Assembly: GCA_008632985.1 (NCBI GenBank)
Contig: QPGO01000060.1
Location: 1 to 64,000, forward strand
Direction of reading: 5' to 3'
Source: Psammoneis japonica
Lineage: Eukaryota
Length of the DNA: 64,000 nt
Shown: piece after piece, positions 1 to 13,000 of the stretch
Layout of the letters: every line of letters begins with the position of its first letter
Position numbering within the stretch: position 1 is the stretch's first letter
Made by a program: the position numbers and the translations under genes
The notes under the pieces: model-generated
Told to the model about the DNA's origin: nothing
Database searches by the model: none
What the model saw: the letters and a program-made list of their open reading frames with translations, nothing else

Positions 1-74
1 GAGACTCATCTGCATTTAGACAGCAGTAAGGAGTTGTTGTTTGAATTCTTGCCATTTGCCTTCAATTTCTGTCA
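1..74 (+). repeat. 3' end of the 5' LTR
   Basis: gagactcatctgcatttagacagcagtaag...ttctgtca aligns to 6820-6894 with a few substitutions and one indel. Confidence 0.92.
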
Positions 75-1022
75 GATTAACAGTCTTGCTCATTGTCAAC
101 CCATTGAGCAACCGCCATCGTCGTCGTTGATTTACCAACGACGCCACCTCAATTCTGCGTGGACCTCCGTGTGCACTCTACATACATCGGCAAGTCTGCG
201 CGCATTCAATGCCAGGGCATTGGCAGGAAGTTAACGTCACCGTCAAGTCTCCTTGCCGCTGGACATCTGGATTGATTGTGCTGCCTTTGATCGCTGAAGA
301 CACACATTCAACGGTCATGTCCAAGTCCATCCTTGATCCTCATCCCTTGACACACCTGTTCATCGGTTGACGGTCAAGAACCCTGCATGTTCAAGGATCT
401 TCGTCGCTGAAGACACACGCACACACACACATCTTCACGGCCAAGAACCTGCACCCACTCTTCGGACTGCGGTTTTGCTGCCACTCTGCAAGCACACCGA
501 GTCCATTGCACCTGATCTGCCCCGGACCACTGGTGCTCTGCAGTTCCACCAGGTCCACGAGGACGACTGTGAGAGCAAGCAACCGTGATCACAGCCTGTG
601 TTGGGGCGAGGGTGCTTTCCCGCGTTTGTTCGTTCGTCCACAGCGCCTGACGCCTGCGTCAACTGGCCAGCCTGATCGGGAAATCCAACCGACACAAAAT
701 GAGAATGGTTCGGGGGTCTTGTCCACCTCTGGTCAGCTTACCTGCAGGGGTTTACAACCCGCTACTCCGCTCGCAAGCAACCCAAAGCGCCACTGGCTGC
801 GGGTTCGGACGTGCCGGCACAACTCTACGGACCGGATAGGAAGTTTAGCACTTGACAACGAATGGGACAGCAAAGCCCGGCAACTTCTGATTTTAAGATA
901 GATCAAGATTTCAAGTCAAGTCCATTTCAAGTCAAGTCTATTCTCACCCAAGTTTCAAGTCTGCCTTCACTGCCTTCGCTTCCCAACAAGAATTGCTTGT
1001 CCTGACACCACTCTTGTCTACC

Positions 1023-4000
1023 ATGGTTCTCACTCGTCAGCAACAAACTGATGGTTTCAAGCATGTTGTTGGAACCATGCTTGCCCAAGGTGTTGGGAGC
1101 CCTCTTCGTTTGGCTTTGACCCAAGACGGCACGGACTCGCATCAAGAACTGTTCACGTTCATGCCGTCCCAGATCGATTCGCTTGAGTGCAACAACGGCA
1201 CTAATGTGATCCCTTTGCCCCGCGGTTATAAGAACATGTTGGCAGCTCCAATTGGTCTGCACATTGTCAAAGCACACGAAGGTCTTGACGTTGCCAATGA
1301 CTCCTCGTTGTTCACGCATGACGAGTTCCTTGCCTGCCGCCTCAGCCCCGACTGCATGTCTTCTGTGTCCGTCGGCAGCTCACCCCTTGCACCTCCGCAT
1401 GTCACCAACCCAACCAAGGCACGCGACCCGGTGCGAGACTTCAAGCGAGGCATCAAGCGTGACCCCACCGCTTTCACGGCTCTCAAATCCAACAAGCAGT
1501 GGCACACTTGGCACACCTCACTTGTGGCACAAGCCCGTGCCCAAGACGTCAAGTGCACCCTAGACTCGTCGTACAAACCGACCAGCCCCGAAAGACAAAC
1601 TGCTCTTTGCTGAACAGCAAAAGTGCATGTTCGCCGTCTTCGAATGCATTCTTCTCACCGACAAGGGCAAGGCTCTCATTCGCGAAAATGTGGGGTCTTC
1701 TGACGCCCAGACCGTCCACCGCGCCTTGTCTGAGCATGCGCTTGCCTCCACCCGCGCATCTGTCGAGTCCTCCACCTTGCTCACGTGCCTTGCCACCGCA
1801 CGTCTTGGTGATGGCACTTGGAAAGGTCCGACCCACGGGTTCATCCTTCATTGGCAAGATCAGTTGCGCAAGTGCGAGGCACTCATCCCCACCAGTGACC
1901 ACTTCTCTGAAGGACAGAAGCGCGTCATGCTTTGAGAATGCCGCACACCCTGTCGAGGAACTCCGTGCTGTCAAGAACCAAGCTGATCAGCATCGCACGC
2001 AGAGTGGCAAGAGCCTCACATGCGATCAACACTGTGGCTTGCTCCTCTCCGCGGCGGCTCAATGCGACAGCACGTTTCAACCCAAGACGACACCTCGAGC
2101 TCCCCGACGACTCCGAGGAACCGTCCGACGATGTGTTCTACGACATTGACAGCGACATTGACGTCCTTCAGGCCAATGCAGCCTGCGCCCGTGGTCCCAG
2201 CCTCGCCGGTGACCAATGGAAACGTCTCCCTCCCGACCACCAACGGATTTGGGATTCGTTGCCCCATTCCTCCAAGGCGATCATCCTTGAGCATTCTCGT
2301 CCGCCTCCCCGCAACCCGCGAGCCAGCAACCACCATGAGTCCATTACGGCCAACCTTCACGACCAACGCCTTGGGAGTGACGGTGATGTCAACTTGTCCA
2401 ACACGACTCCTGCTGACTCCGGTGACTCCGCTCCAAATGTGGACACCACTTCGGATGATCCCATCCTGGCGCACCTCACCAAGTGCAAGCCACTGCCACC
2501 CGGTGATCTGCAACGTCTGTTGTCCCCTAACCAAGCCCCCAATGCTAGTCGACCGGGGCCATCCACCGCTCCCTCTACCTCGCCAGCTTCTGCCGATGAC
2601 ATGGAACTTGACGGCCGCACTTGCCGCCGCATTAACAACCACAATGTCATTTGCTCTGCCTCTGCTCATCGCTCCACACGCACTGGCGCTCTAGTCGATC
2701 GTGGAGCCAACGGCGGCATTGCTGGCGACGACGTTCGCGTCATTGCACGCACCTCTCGCCAAGTCGACGTTCAAGGCATTGACGACCATCAATTGGTGGA
2801 CATCCCCATTGTCACCGCTGGTGCCGTCATTGAGACCCAGCGTGGTCCCGTCATCGCCATCCTCCATCAGTGCGCATGCACGGGGAAGGGCAAGACCATC
2901 CATTCCTGCGGCCAGCTCGAATGGCACAAACAGGATGTCAACGATCGCTCTGTCAAGGTGCCCAACGGCTTGCAACGCATTGCCACTCCTGATGGCCATG
3001 TAATCCCCATTGACATCAAGGCCGGCCTGCCTTGTGTTGCCATGCGACCTCACACTGACGCCGAATGGGACACCCTGCCCCATGTCATCCTCACCGGTGA
3101 TGACACATGGGATCCTTCCATCCTCGATCACTCTGTCACTGACGACGACCAGTGGTGAGACGCGATCTCTGACCTGCAGGACGATCCCACTGCCAACCTG
3201 TTTGATGAATGCGGCAACTACCGTCATCGTGTCGTTGTCAACGAGACCATCATGTCCACTTCCTTGTCTGCCGATCACGCGTCCGCCCTCGATGATCACC
3301 TCATTCCGAACGACGACGTGTTCTACGAGTGTCATCTACACGCGATTGACCCCAAGGACGACGACGTCCCACCCCCGGAGCGCACTGTACAGCCCAAGGA
3401 CCCGCCCTTCGAGTCTCTTCGGCCTTGCTTTGGCTTCCCACCTGCCGATGCGGTCCGTCGTACTTTTGACTGCACCATGCAGTGCGCCCGCATGCCCGCC
3501 GGCACACACCTCAGGAAGGCCTGCAAATCACCCAACCCCGCCCTTAATGTGCACCGCCGCAACGAGCCTGTCGCCACTGACACCGTTTGTGCCGACACCC
3601 CGGCCGTCGACTCTGGTTGCACCAGTGCCCAACTGTTTGTTGGCACCGAGTCTACCGTCACTGACGTCTACGGCACCAAGACGGACAAAGAGTTTGTCAA
3701 CACACTCGAGGATCAGATCCGTGAGCGTGGTGCCCCATCCAAACTCATTGGCGACCGTGCTCAAGTTGAGATCAGCAACAAAGTGCTCGGGATCCTACGG
3801 GCCCTCTTCATCTCCAGCTGGCAAAGTGAGCCTCACCAGCAACACCAAAACTTTGCCGAGCATCGACACCAGACCGTGAAGCGCATGGCGAACACTGTCA
3901 TGGATCGTTTTGGTTCGCCCGCCCACACATGGCTGCTGGCGCTCATGCATGTGTGCTTCATGCTCAACCATGCAGCGTCCCCACGTCTCCACTGGCACAC

Positions 4001-6671
4001 GCCCCTCGAGACTCTCACTGGCTCCACCCCGGACATCAGCCCATTGCTTCGCTTTCACTGGTGGGAACCCATGCACTTCCACCTCAATGACTCCGATTGG
4101 CCGTCCGAATCCCATGAGTTGCGTGGACGCTTTGTTGGCATTGCTGAGCACGTCGGCCACCAGATGACCTTCAAGATTCTCTCTGACGAGACTCAGAAGA
4201 TCCTCTGCCGGTCCAACGTACGCTCCGCTGCCACCGATCCTGCCGTTCGAAACCTGCGTCTTGATCCTCTTGATGGGGAGCCACCTGAACCCATCATAAA
4301 ATCTCGCCATGACGACAACCCCGTCGATTCTCCTGATGGGGAGATCAGGACACCCAAGATGCCAGTTTTCGATCCACAAGACATCATTGGACGTACCTTC
4401 CTCATGCAGCCACAAGAGGATGGACAACGCCACAGAGCTCGCATCGTCAAGGCCATCGAAGACCACGAATGGAAAGTGAACGGCAATCCCAAGCTCACTG
4501 AGTTCGTCTGCTCTGTCAACAACGACGAATACGAGGAAGTCCTTGCCTGCAATGACATCATGAATCACATTGAGCAAGAAGACGAAGACACTGCCATTTG
4601 GAAATTTCGACGCATCGTGTCACACGAAGGACCTCTGAAGCCTCACGACCCAACCTGGAAAGGCTCAAGCTGCAACATCATGCTTGAATGGGAAAGTGGG
4701 GAGATCACGTCCGAGCCTCTTGCCATCATGGCCAAGGACGACCCCGTCACCTGCACCATCTATGCACGAGAGAACGGACTCCTCGACACGGATGGCTGGA
4801 AGCGGTTCTGCACCATCGCGAGGCGCCAAAAGAAGCCATTTCGCATGGCCAACCAAGCCAAGCTTCGCTCCTTCTGCACTGCACCTCGCTGCAAGCACGG
4901 ATGCGAAGTTCCCCGGAACTGCAAACATGCCATGTCACCAGACGAACGCAACGGCAACCGCAAATGGGGAGATGCAACTAATCTCGAGATGGACCAACTC
5001 GACGAATACGAAGTCTTCCATGACTGCGGGCCCTTTGAGTCTTCCACTCCTCCTGCGGGACACAAGAAGATCCGAGTGCACCTGGTGTGCGACGTGAAAC
5101 ACGATGGTCGCCACAAGGCACGACTCGCAGCCGATGGGCACCTCACGGACGTACCCATCGACAGTGTCTGCTCCAGAGCAGTCTCCCTCCGTGGCCTTCG
5201 GCTGATGATTTTCTTGGCCGAACTCAACGAGTTGGAGACATGGGCCACCAACATTGGCAATGCCCACCTTGAAGCCACCACTGAGGAGAAGCTTTACATT
5301 GTAGCCGGGCCCGAATTTGGCAAACTCGAAGGACACATCCTTGTCATCCACAAGGCCCTGTGTGGACTGCGCAGCTCCGGTCTCCGCTGGCACGAGCGCT
5401 TCGCCGACTGCCTGCGAGCTGAAGGCTTCTTCCCCTGCCGCGCCGAACCCGACATTTGGATGCGCAGGAACGGCGACCACTGTGAATGCATTGCCGTTTA
5501 TGTGGATGACCTCGCCATTGCCATGAAGGACCCTCAATCTTTCGTCGACACTCTCACGGAAAAGTGCAAGTTCAAGCTCAAGGGTGCGGGACCCATTGAG
5601 TTCCATCTGGGTTGTGACTTTTCCCGGGATCCCGACGGAACCTTGTGCCTGTCTCCGCGCAAGTACATCGAGCGCATGGTCGACAGCTGCGCCCGACTGT
5701 TTGGGGAGAAACCTGCCACCAATGCCCTGTCACCTCTGGAGAAGGGTGACCACCCCGAACTGGACACTTCCGAACTGCTGGGACCCGATGGCATTCACAA
5801 GTTCCAGTCTCTTGTTGGTTCACTCCAATGGGCAGTGTCCCTTGGTCGAATTGACATTGCCACGGCCGTCATGTCACTCTCTAGCTTCCGAGCTGCGCCC
5901 CATCAAGGCCACTTGGATCATGCCAAACGCGTCTGTGGGTGCCTCTCCAAGATGCAACACGGTGCTCTCCGCGTTCGCACGGAAGAGCCCGATTGTTCGG
6001 ATCTCCCTGCTCCCGCCTGTGAATGGATGCATTCCGTGTGCGGCGAAGCAGAAGAGATGATCCTGAAGGATGCTCCACTGCCCCTTGGCAAGTTCGTCAC
6101 TGCCACCCACTGCGTCGATGCAAACTTGTGCCATTGCATGCTCACCGGACGCTCTGTCATGGGAATGCTCCACTTCCTCAACAAATTCCCGGCTGATTGG
6201 TTCTCTAAGAAGCAAGCCACCGTGGAGACTGCGACCTGCGGGTCTGAATTTGTTGCCGCAAGGACTTGTGTCGAGCAGATTGTTGACCTGCGCATCACCC
6301 TGCGCTGCCTTGGCATCCCGATCCATAATGTCAGTCACATGTTCGGTGACAACAAGTCGGTTGTAGACAGTGCCACCATCCCGCACTCCAAGTTACACAA
6401 GCAACACACCGCACCATCGTTCCACCATGTGCGTGAGGCAATTGCCTCTGGTCACCTTGAGTTCCACTTCATCGAAGGCTCCCGCAACCCTGCTGACATC
6501 CTCAGCAAGCATTGGGGTCACTCCCAAATCTGGGACCTTCTCCGCCCCCTCATGTTCTGGAACTTCATTTCATTCAAAGTCGAATCTGTTTCTGTGACTC
6601 CTCAAGCAAACTGGGGAGTGACAGGATTTGAACAGGATTTGGGTGCGCGCGAAATGTCGCGCGCTGTTTAG
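1023..6671 (+). pseudogene. copia gag-pol polyprotein, disrupted by frameshifts (~1610, ~1932) and an in-frame stop (3156-3158)
   Basis: Gag motif FKRGIKRDPTAF; protease ALVDRGANGG; integrase ATDTV...LIGDRAQ...SEPHQQHQNFAE; RT DVKHDGRHKARL, GLRSSGLRW, IAVYVDDL; RNase H VDANL, GSEFVAAR, MFGDNKSVV, NPADILSKHW. ORFs 1932..3158 and 3252..6671 are in the same frame. Confidence 0.93.
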
Positions 6672-6894
6672 CTTGCCGCGCACAGTTTTGTGTGCTTTAG
6701 TTCCGCGCGTTCGCGCGCGATGTAGTTTGCTTTCGAGCCACAAGGCTCACAAGAACAATGACAGTAGCCCGATTGTACCAACTTGCACGTCTTTCGGCTC
6801 CTGTGACGGTCTCTGAGTGGAGACTCATCTGCTGTTTAGACAGCAGTGAGGAGTCATTGTTTGAATTCTTGCCATTTGCCTTCATTTTCTGTCA
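6619..6894 (+). repeat. 3' LTR (276 bp) with TGACAG...CTGTCA terminal inverted repeat
   Basis: Starts tgacagg directly after the purine tract ggggag and ends ttctgtca. Its 3' end matches window bases 1-74. Confidence 0.92.
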
Positions 6895-9100
6895 TGCACA
6901 ACCATGAGTGTTGTTGCCGGGCTCTTAAAAAGTCACAACATTGACAATGTTTTTCCAACAGTCAAAGGAGTGCCCCCAGCACAGAGTGCAATTTGGCAGA
7001 TTCAAGTGAGTGCAAATTGAGGTTTTTGCTGAACCTCATTCAAGGATGTGCACTCAGGAGTGAGATCTCCATCAGTGATTTGTGGTTGAGAATGGGAGTG
7101 CAACACACACATTGCCTGCTCCAGTGACCCAAGTGAAGACCTGAACAGATGGAAGCACCGTTTAATTTTTCCTTCCAAGTCTTGTTCAGTTGAGAATGAC
7201 AAGACCAAGACCAGAGATCACCTTTGAAGGTGTTGAACAAACAACAAAGTGGCCTCATCAAGGGCATGTGTGTCATGCTCTCTGTCCAAGATAAGATCTG
7301 CCATGGTGGTGTCACCTTTGTGTCCCAAGTCAACAGACAATGGGGGTGGGGGACAGTTGGTGGCATCCCTTGTGCTTGCCCGAAGTGTTTCTGATTGCAT
7401 GGGTGGAGAGCCACGGCAACATCCTTAGAAGCATCAACGGTGATCCAATCCATGTGCTCTTTCAAGTGAATTGCCAGATTCCAAGAAACTTGAATGCTGT
7501 TGATGCCTGCACCTCATTGTGCTTTGCAACAAGCCACCCTTTGGAACAATTCAGTGGTTTCCTCTGCTTTGCAATGTTGTGAAGGATGGTGGCTTTCTTG
7601 CATGATGCTTTTGTTCCTTTGAGATCTAACTCTGCAATCTTGTCAGCCATTTTTTGTTTGCAATGCACAGTGCTCTCTGCTGTGACCTGCTCACATTCCT
7701 CCAAAGTCAATGGAGTCACAAAGAAGCCAGCGAGTTTAGAGAGTGTTTTTGTTGCATCTGAGCAACAGTGTGGTCCAAACGTGTGTGCATCATTGACAAA
7801 AAATGAGTGAGGGTGTAAACTCAGAGTGTGTCAAAGGTCAGCCAACTTGACAGACCGGTCAGGTTTGTGGTGCAAACAGCACTTTTTTGCAGCAGCTGAG
7901 GAAAATTGCAACAGGTCTCTGTCCAAGCATTTGGCCAACTCATGATCCGGGATGTCCAGCTCAAGAAGATGGGTTGATCTCTCTGACACTGTGCAGCTCT
8001 CCAGCACTGGGCCAATGACATTCAAGCAAGCTGTGACTTGTGGTTTGGAGGATGCTTGAACATCCTGAAAAGCTGCTCTGGGAAGGTCAACCATTGGGTC
8101 ACCAAACAGAAAGGCCTTGCATCCACCAAAGCCAGTGGCAGCCAAAGCACCAGGGGTGGCAAGAACACAGTCAAGTTGCTTGGAACCTCTGGTGCAGGTG
8201 GAAAAAGCTGCACCACCCATGAGGTGAAAGAGCACATGTGAAAGATTGCATTGTTGGGGCAAGAGCAGACAAGGAGTCTGCATCTGTGGCAAAATTGGTG
8301 TTGTCCTGGCTCTTCCTTCAGCTTCATTGACTTGAGCTTGTTCACACCAAACAGAGAGCCAAAACAGCAGATGAGCACAACTTGGTCATGACCAACTTGA
8401 AAACCACAGGCCCATGTGTTGGACTGTTGATGTGCTTTTGCATGTCACCATGCAAGGCAGCTCCAATTGAATTGAGAAAAAACTTGGCTCTGACCACAAC
8501 AATTTCTGTTGATTGCACTGGTTGCCATTCACAAGCAATTCTTGCATGTGATCCTGAATCCCTTGCAGGTCCAATGGGCTGCAATCCATCACAAGATTCA
8601 ACTCTTGAGGTGCCCAGTCATCACATCATTCATCTGGACATGGAATGCCAAGTCTGCACCACTCATGAGAAGATGCTTGCAAACAGAGTTGGCCCAACTG
8701 ATGAGAGTCACCTTGTTGTTCTTGTTGGTGTTGATTTTTGACTCCAAACCCTTGGTGCAACAAGACATGATCATCATTGAATGACTCCAAAATGATGGTC
8801 ATTGGCAGTGCAGACTGTGTGGCACAGCATTGATGTTGATGACTTTTGGACCACCAGTCCAAGCAATTGAAGAACAACCAACACAGTGGTTGTGCTTGAT
8901 TTGCCTCAAGAAGCCAAAGAGAAGCAACTTTGAGATCAACTTTCAGGCTCAATGCTGGAATTGTCTAATGTGTCATTCCCAAATGAGCCAGCTTCTGCAT
9001 TGCCAATGAGAGTGCCTCTTGATCCTGCTGAACAATCACTCATTTTGGAGGAAAATCAGAGGTTTTGCTTTGCATCAACTTGATGGACTCAATTCAAAGC
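6895..9100 (-). mobile_element. Decayed non-LTR retrotransposon (LINE) ORF fragment, interrupted by the copia element
   Basis: Minus-strand translations give GHSFDCWKNIVNVVTF*EPGN (next to the LTR), WKE...SGLHLGHW, NQKHFGQAQGMPPT and RGSKQLDCVLATPG. These resemble motifs I recognise from diatom LINE ORFs (RWxxIVNVMIxKEPGN, SPSGxHLGHYK, HFGQAQGTPFT, RGSxxIDYxL). The right boundary is approximate. Confidence 0.75.
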
Positions 9101-10040
9101 AATGATGACACTTGAGCTCACAACCATGGAAATGAGCTAAAATGGAGCAGCACAACAAGCTGAAGCAACAACAACTGTCTTGAGCTCAAAAAGCACCAGC
9201 AGCTGCTGCTTTCAAAAGCAATCCTGGTCCTCACAAATGTGAAAAATCCACAAGAAGTGAGAGAAGGATGGAGAAGGTCCCAAACGCACCCCCAAAAAAG
9301 TCAGCTGGAAAAAAGACAGTTTTCCATGCCATGTCCATGAAAGAAATGAAGGATGGACAATGACCAAGATGAAGCTGGTCATGGAGGACCAAAAAGGACC
9401 AAAATGACATGTCAGCAAACCTGATGGTCCATGAGTGGATGAGCAAGACCAAACCCTCACAAAATCTGATGGCAACATTGGCGTGCATCACAGATCACAA
9501 ACTCTCATCACTGGCAGAGGATGGCATTGTCACAGTGACCAAGGACATGGCAAAGGTGACGAGGCTGCTGGGAGGTGGCCTGTGTTGACTGACCTTTGCT
9601 GACCTGCACTCTGTGCTTGTTCATGCACATGATGAGTTTTTTGGCAATGTGCAAGGGAAAAAATCTGGCACTGAACTCTGGGCAGTGCAACAATCTTGCC
9701 AGGAATTGAGGCTGCTGTGACCCCACCTTGCAACAGCCGCAACTCTTCAGAGCAATCGACTCAGCAACACCACAAGACATGCAGCAGCAACCATGGGATG
9801 CACAAAAGGATTAAAGTACAAGAGGAAGAGCAATCATTGAGTTTCCACCATGCCAGAAAAGGAAGCTGGGGCCGAGAAGCATTGAAAGAACAATGGGTGT
9901 GCAGAAGTGACAACGAAAGGACTGCAGAGGTTTCTGCGCTGCAAAATCCACCATCAAATGCAAGCAGCAGATGCTCTGACACATCACTGCAAATGGCAAG
10001 CATCAGCACAGAACAGAAAACAAAACAGCATGTTGTAGTA
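9100..10040. repeat. Unclassified TpA/CpG-depleted decayed repeat sequence
   Basis: Same TG/CA-rich, TA/CG-poor composition as the adjacent LINE; no recognisable domain. Confidence 0.45.
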
Positions 10041-10087
10041 AAAGACATCCCTGCCCATTAAGTGCAAAAGTTACAAGGTCCTCAAAC

Positions 10088-13000
10088 TCAGCGAAGAATG
10101 TCCAAACCTCCCTCCTCGCGCGGAGATGTCCGAACAAATTCGATTTCTTTTTGCACCCATTCTAAAAGATCCCACTGTCTCTCTCCCATGTTCCATTTGA
10201 GTGACAAAAACAAAATGTCTTCAACATCATCTTCAACAAACCCTGCGAGAGATGGTTTCACCCTTTCTCCGTACAGGCGTTCAACTTGGGGAGCATTCAC
10301 CTTGTCACGAGCAACTCTGGGAAATTCATCAACAAAGCATATTGCTGAGGTTAGCATCAGGGCAACCTCATGCGATTCCTTTGTGACATCTATGCCAAAG
10401 TTAGTCTGATGGACAGCAGTCAACGCAAAATCTTTCCAGTCAAAGCTGTGCTGTTCACCGCGACAAAAGAGCACTGCGGTCTGTCCTTCTTGTGTGTGGG
10501 ATAGGTCCCGCACCACTACCAACTCCTTCACTTGTGGCAAAATTTCTCTCCATGTGCTTTCAATAACAGACGGGTCATACTCATCACCACCAAAATTGAT
10601 TGATTTCCTGCTGCGTCCAGCTATGGTCAGCTTATTCTCGGTAAAAAAGCCAACATCTCCAGTTTCATACCATCCCTCATCATCCAAAGGGGTATCGGTA
10701 CCGCTGTTAAGATATTCGATCATCATTTGGCTTGATCGGAGAATAATGCTTCCTAGTGTGGCGTTCACTTCTTTTCGCGAATTCGTGCCGGGGTTTTCGT
10801 CGAGCGGCTCTACTCGTACTTCAACACCGTCACACAGAGTAAGAGCATCAGCCTCGGTAACATCGCGGCTTCCGATAAGGTGCGCTTCACTCGATCCATA
10901 GGTTTCATATATCTTTACGTGTGTCCCGTCTTCGCGTGAAAAGGCAAGTATGGCTTCATCGATACATGCCGGTAGTAGCTTGGATCCAATAGTCAATATT
11001 GTCCGCATTGACTGCAACGTTAGTGTCAGGTCTTCTGGATCCATATTGCTTACTGCGTCTACAACTTTGTCTAGTTGATGAGGAGAAACAACTGCGGCTG
11101 TGGCATCATTTGCCAACAAATATTCAAGAAGCCCTTCTTTTTCGTCGTCTTCCTCCTCCTCATCTTCTTCTTCTTGGAACGACGAACGAAAAATGGTATC
11201 AAAGATTGGCATCACGCACGCACCGAAAATCAAAGATGGAACATACACGTTGTCAAGACCCGCAGAGTCATCCATGCCGAGAGGACAGACTATCTTTTCG
11301 CTAGGGTCGTGTGATAGTAACTTCTGGGAATTGGTAGCAGTGACAAATACAGCCTCATATGAGCTTGCAACAACCTTTGGCAACCCTGTCGATCCAGACG
11401 TGAACGTCAGAATCGCTTCCTTGCTAAGAGGGAACGTCTTCGGTGTGTAAGGCAGTGCTGATAAATACGACTTCCAAGGAATGTCTTCTTCGACCAGAAT
11501 CATATTCGGTACACCTGGCACGAAGTCCAACGCCAAAACTACTCGAGTCGTGTTGTGACTATTCATGACAGATGAATAGCTCTCACTGGTCAAGCCATCG
11601 AGCACTATAACTGCGGGGTCAATAATCTCGACTACCTCGGGGAACCGGGGGTGCCACATCTGTCGTGCAACATTTGCATACGTGAAAGCATTCTTGAAAC
11701 AGGCGAGCATGAGTACGTATACATCGTACTCGTATGTAGTTTCAGGGGTCACAGCGATCATCACTCTTCCATTTGACCTAGGTGGCATGTGATGACGGAT
11801 AATCGCAGCTGCACGGTCAGCGTCGGCGTGGAGCTGTGCGTGCGTTCGGACAGTATCTCTGTATTCCCCTGAGGACTTTCCAACAGATACCATTGCGGGG
11901 GAAACTGCGAAGTTCTTGTCTGGTGGGCCGTCCAAAATTACAGACGCAGCGTGGATTAAGGCTTGATGTGAAGCTGAAGCGGCTTGATTCGGTGTAACAT
12001 TCACTTTAGACGGTGTTCCCACGGATCCACCAATAATAACGTCTTGCTTCGTAATCAGGAACCGGACTACACGATTGCTCACTGAGACACCACCGGGCTG
12101 GATCAAGACGTGCAAAAAACAGAGAAAAACAGGCAACCACATGATGCTGCGAGTCGAGAAGTTCTTAAATTCTCCCGTGTTGTTGGAGATCGCGGCTCTT
12201 TCGCTACCAATCTTTTTCGACTTTAACACATCCATGATACCTGGCTTGTTCTGGCAGTCGCTCCCATTTAAATCTTTTAGGGCTGTCCTTGCTACTTTCA
12301 AATTCACAGGCTCTGCCCCAATGCCAGCCATATGAAACCCAGGCCCCATTGCTATGATGATGACGCTGCGGCTTTCCTCAGTTAATTCGTTCCACGCTTC
12401 TGATGCCATTCGTAAGACTGTGCTTGACGCCAAGTTCCCGCCATCTCTGAGGCTAGAACGCATCCGAGCTATAGATTTTTGAGAAATATCAACCGCGGTG
12501 TTCTTTTCCATAGCATCAACCATCTTGGATCCGCCTGGATGAATGACATGCGACACTGTGGTCATTGGTGCAGCCCCCATAGGAGACACAGAAGACCTCT
12601 CGCTTGTTTTGGCAGTAAGGTCCGCAGCAAATCCAGGCACGTGCTTCTCAACAACGTCACAGAGCTCTTTTGTAGTGACAAAGTGATATCCCATTTGGTC
12701 GTAGTCAAAGTAGGAGACATGAGTCACGTGAGGGACACACTCTTGTTTTCCCGCAAGCACACGAAGCCCGCAAGCTCCTTCATTCCCATGGACGGAGTGA
12801 ATGCTATCTCTCACGGAATGTCCGCCCCGCATCACGCAAGCAGAGGCACAATCGCCGAATAGAGCAGAATTGAGGAACACACTCATACCTTGCTTGTGGG
12901 GCCGGAAACCAAGGGAGCAGAACTCCAAAGAGAGGATGAGTACGTTCTGAGTAGGGTTTCCCAGCAGCAAAGTTAATGCCATATCTAGGGCCACCGCACT

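Larger units (their letters stand above)
1..6894 (+). mobile_element. Ty1/copia LTR retrotransposon (diatom CoDi-like), 5' LTR truncated by window edge, hypermutated
   Basis: Bases 1-74 match the end of the 3' LTR (6820-6894). Internal order is gag - protease (LVDRGANGG) - integrase - RT (YVDD) - RNase H, the copia order. A PPT (ctggggag) immediately precedes the 3' LTR. Confidence 0.96.

Noticed and set aside
3252..6671. Alternative genetic code (TGY/CAY read as Tyr) in the copia ORF
   Set aside because: Two different codon classes replace Tyr, non-coding repeats show the same change, and neighbouring genes use TAY normally.
6895..10040. Classical fungal RIP or CpG methylation decay alone as the explanation for repeat composition
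   Set aside because: RIP increases TpA, whereas here it is lost. CpG decay explains CG loss in older repeats but not TA loss, and the copia keeps its CG.
12098..12175. Possible in-frame intron between the PKS and adenylation domains
   Set aside because: There is a pyrimidine tract ending in CAG on the minus strand, but I found no convincing GT donor at a typical distance. The fusion is unaffected if the frame is kept.
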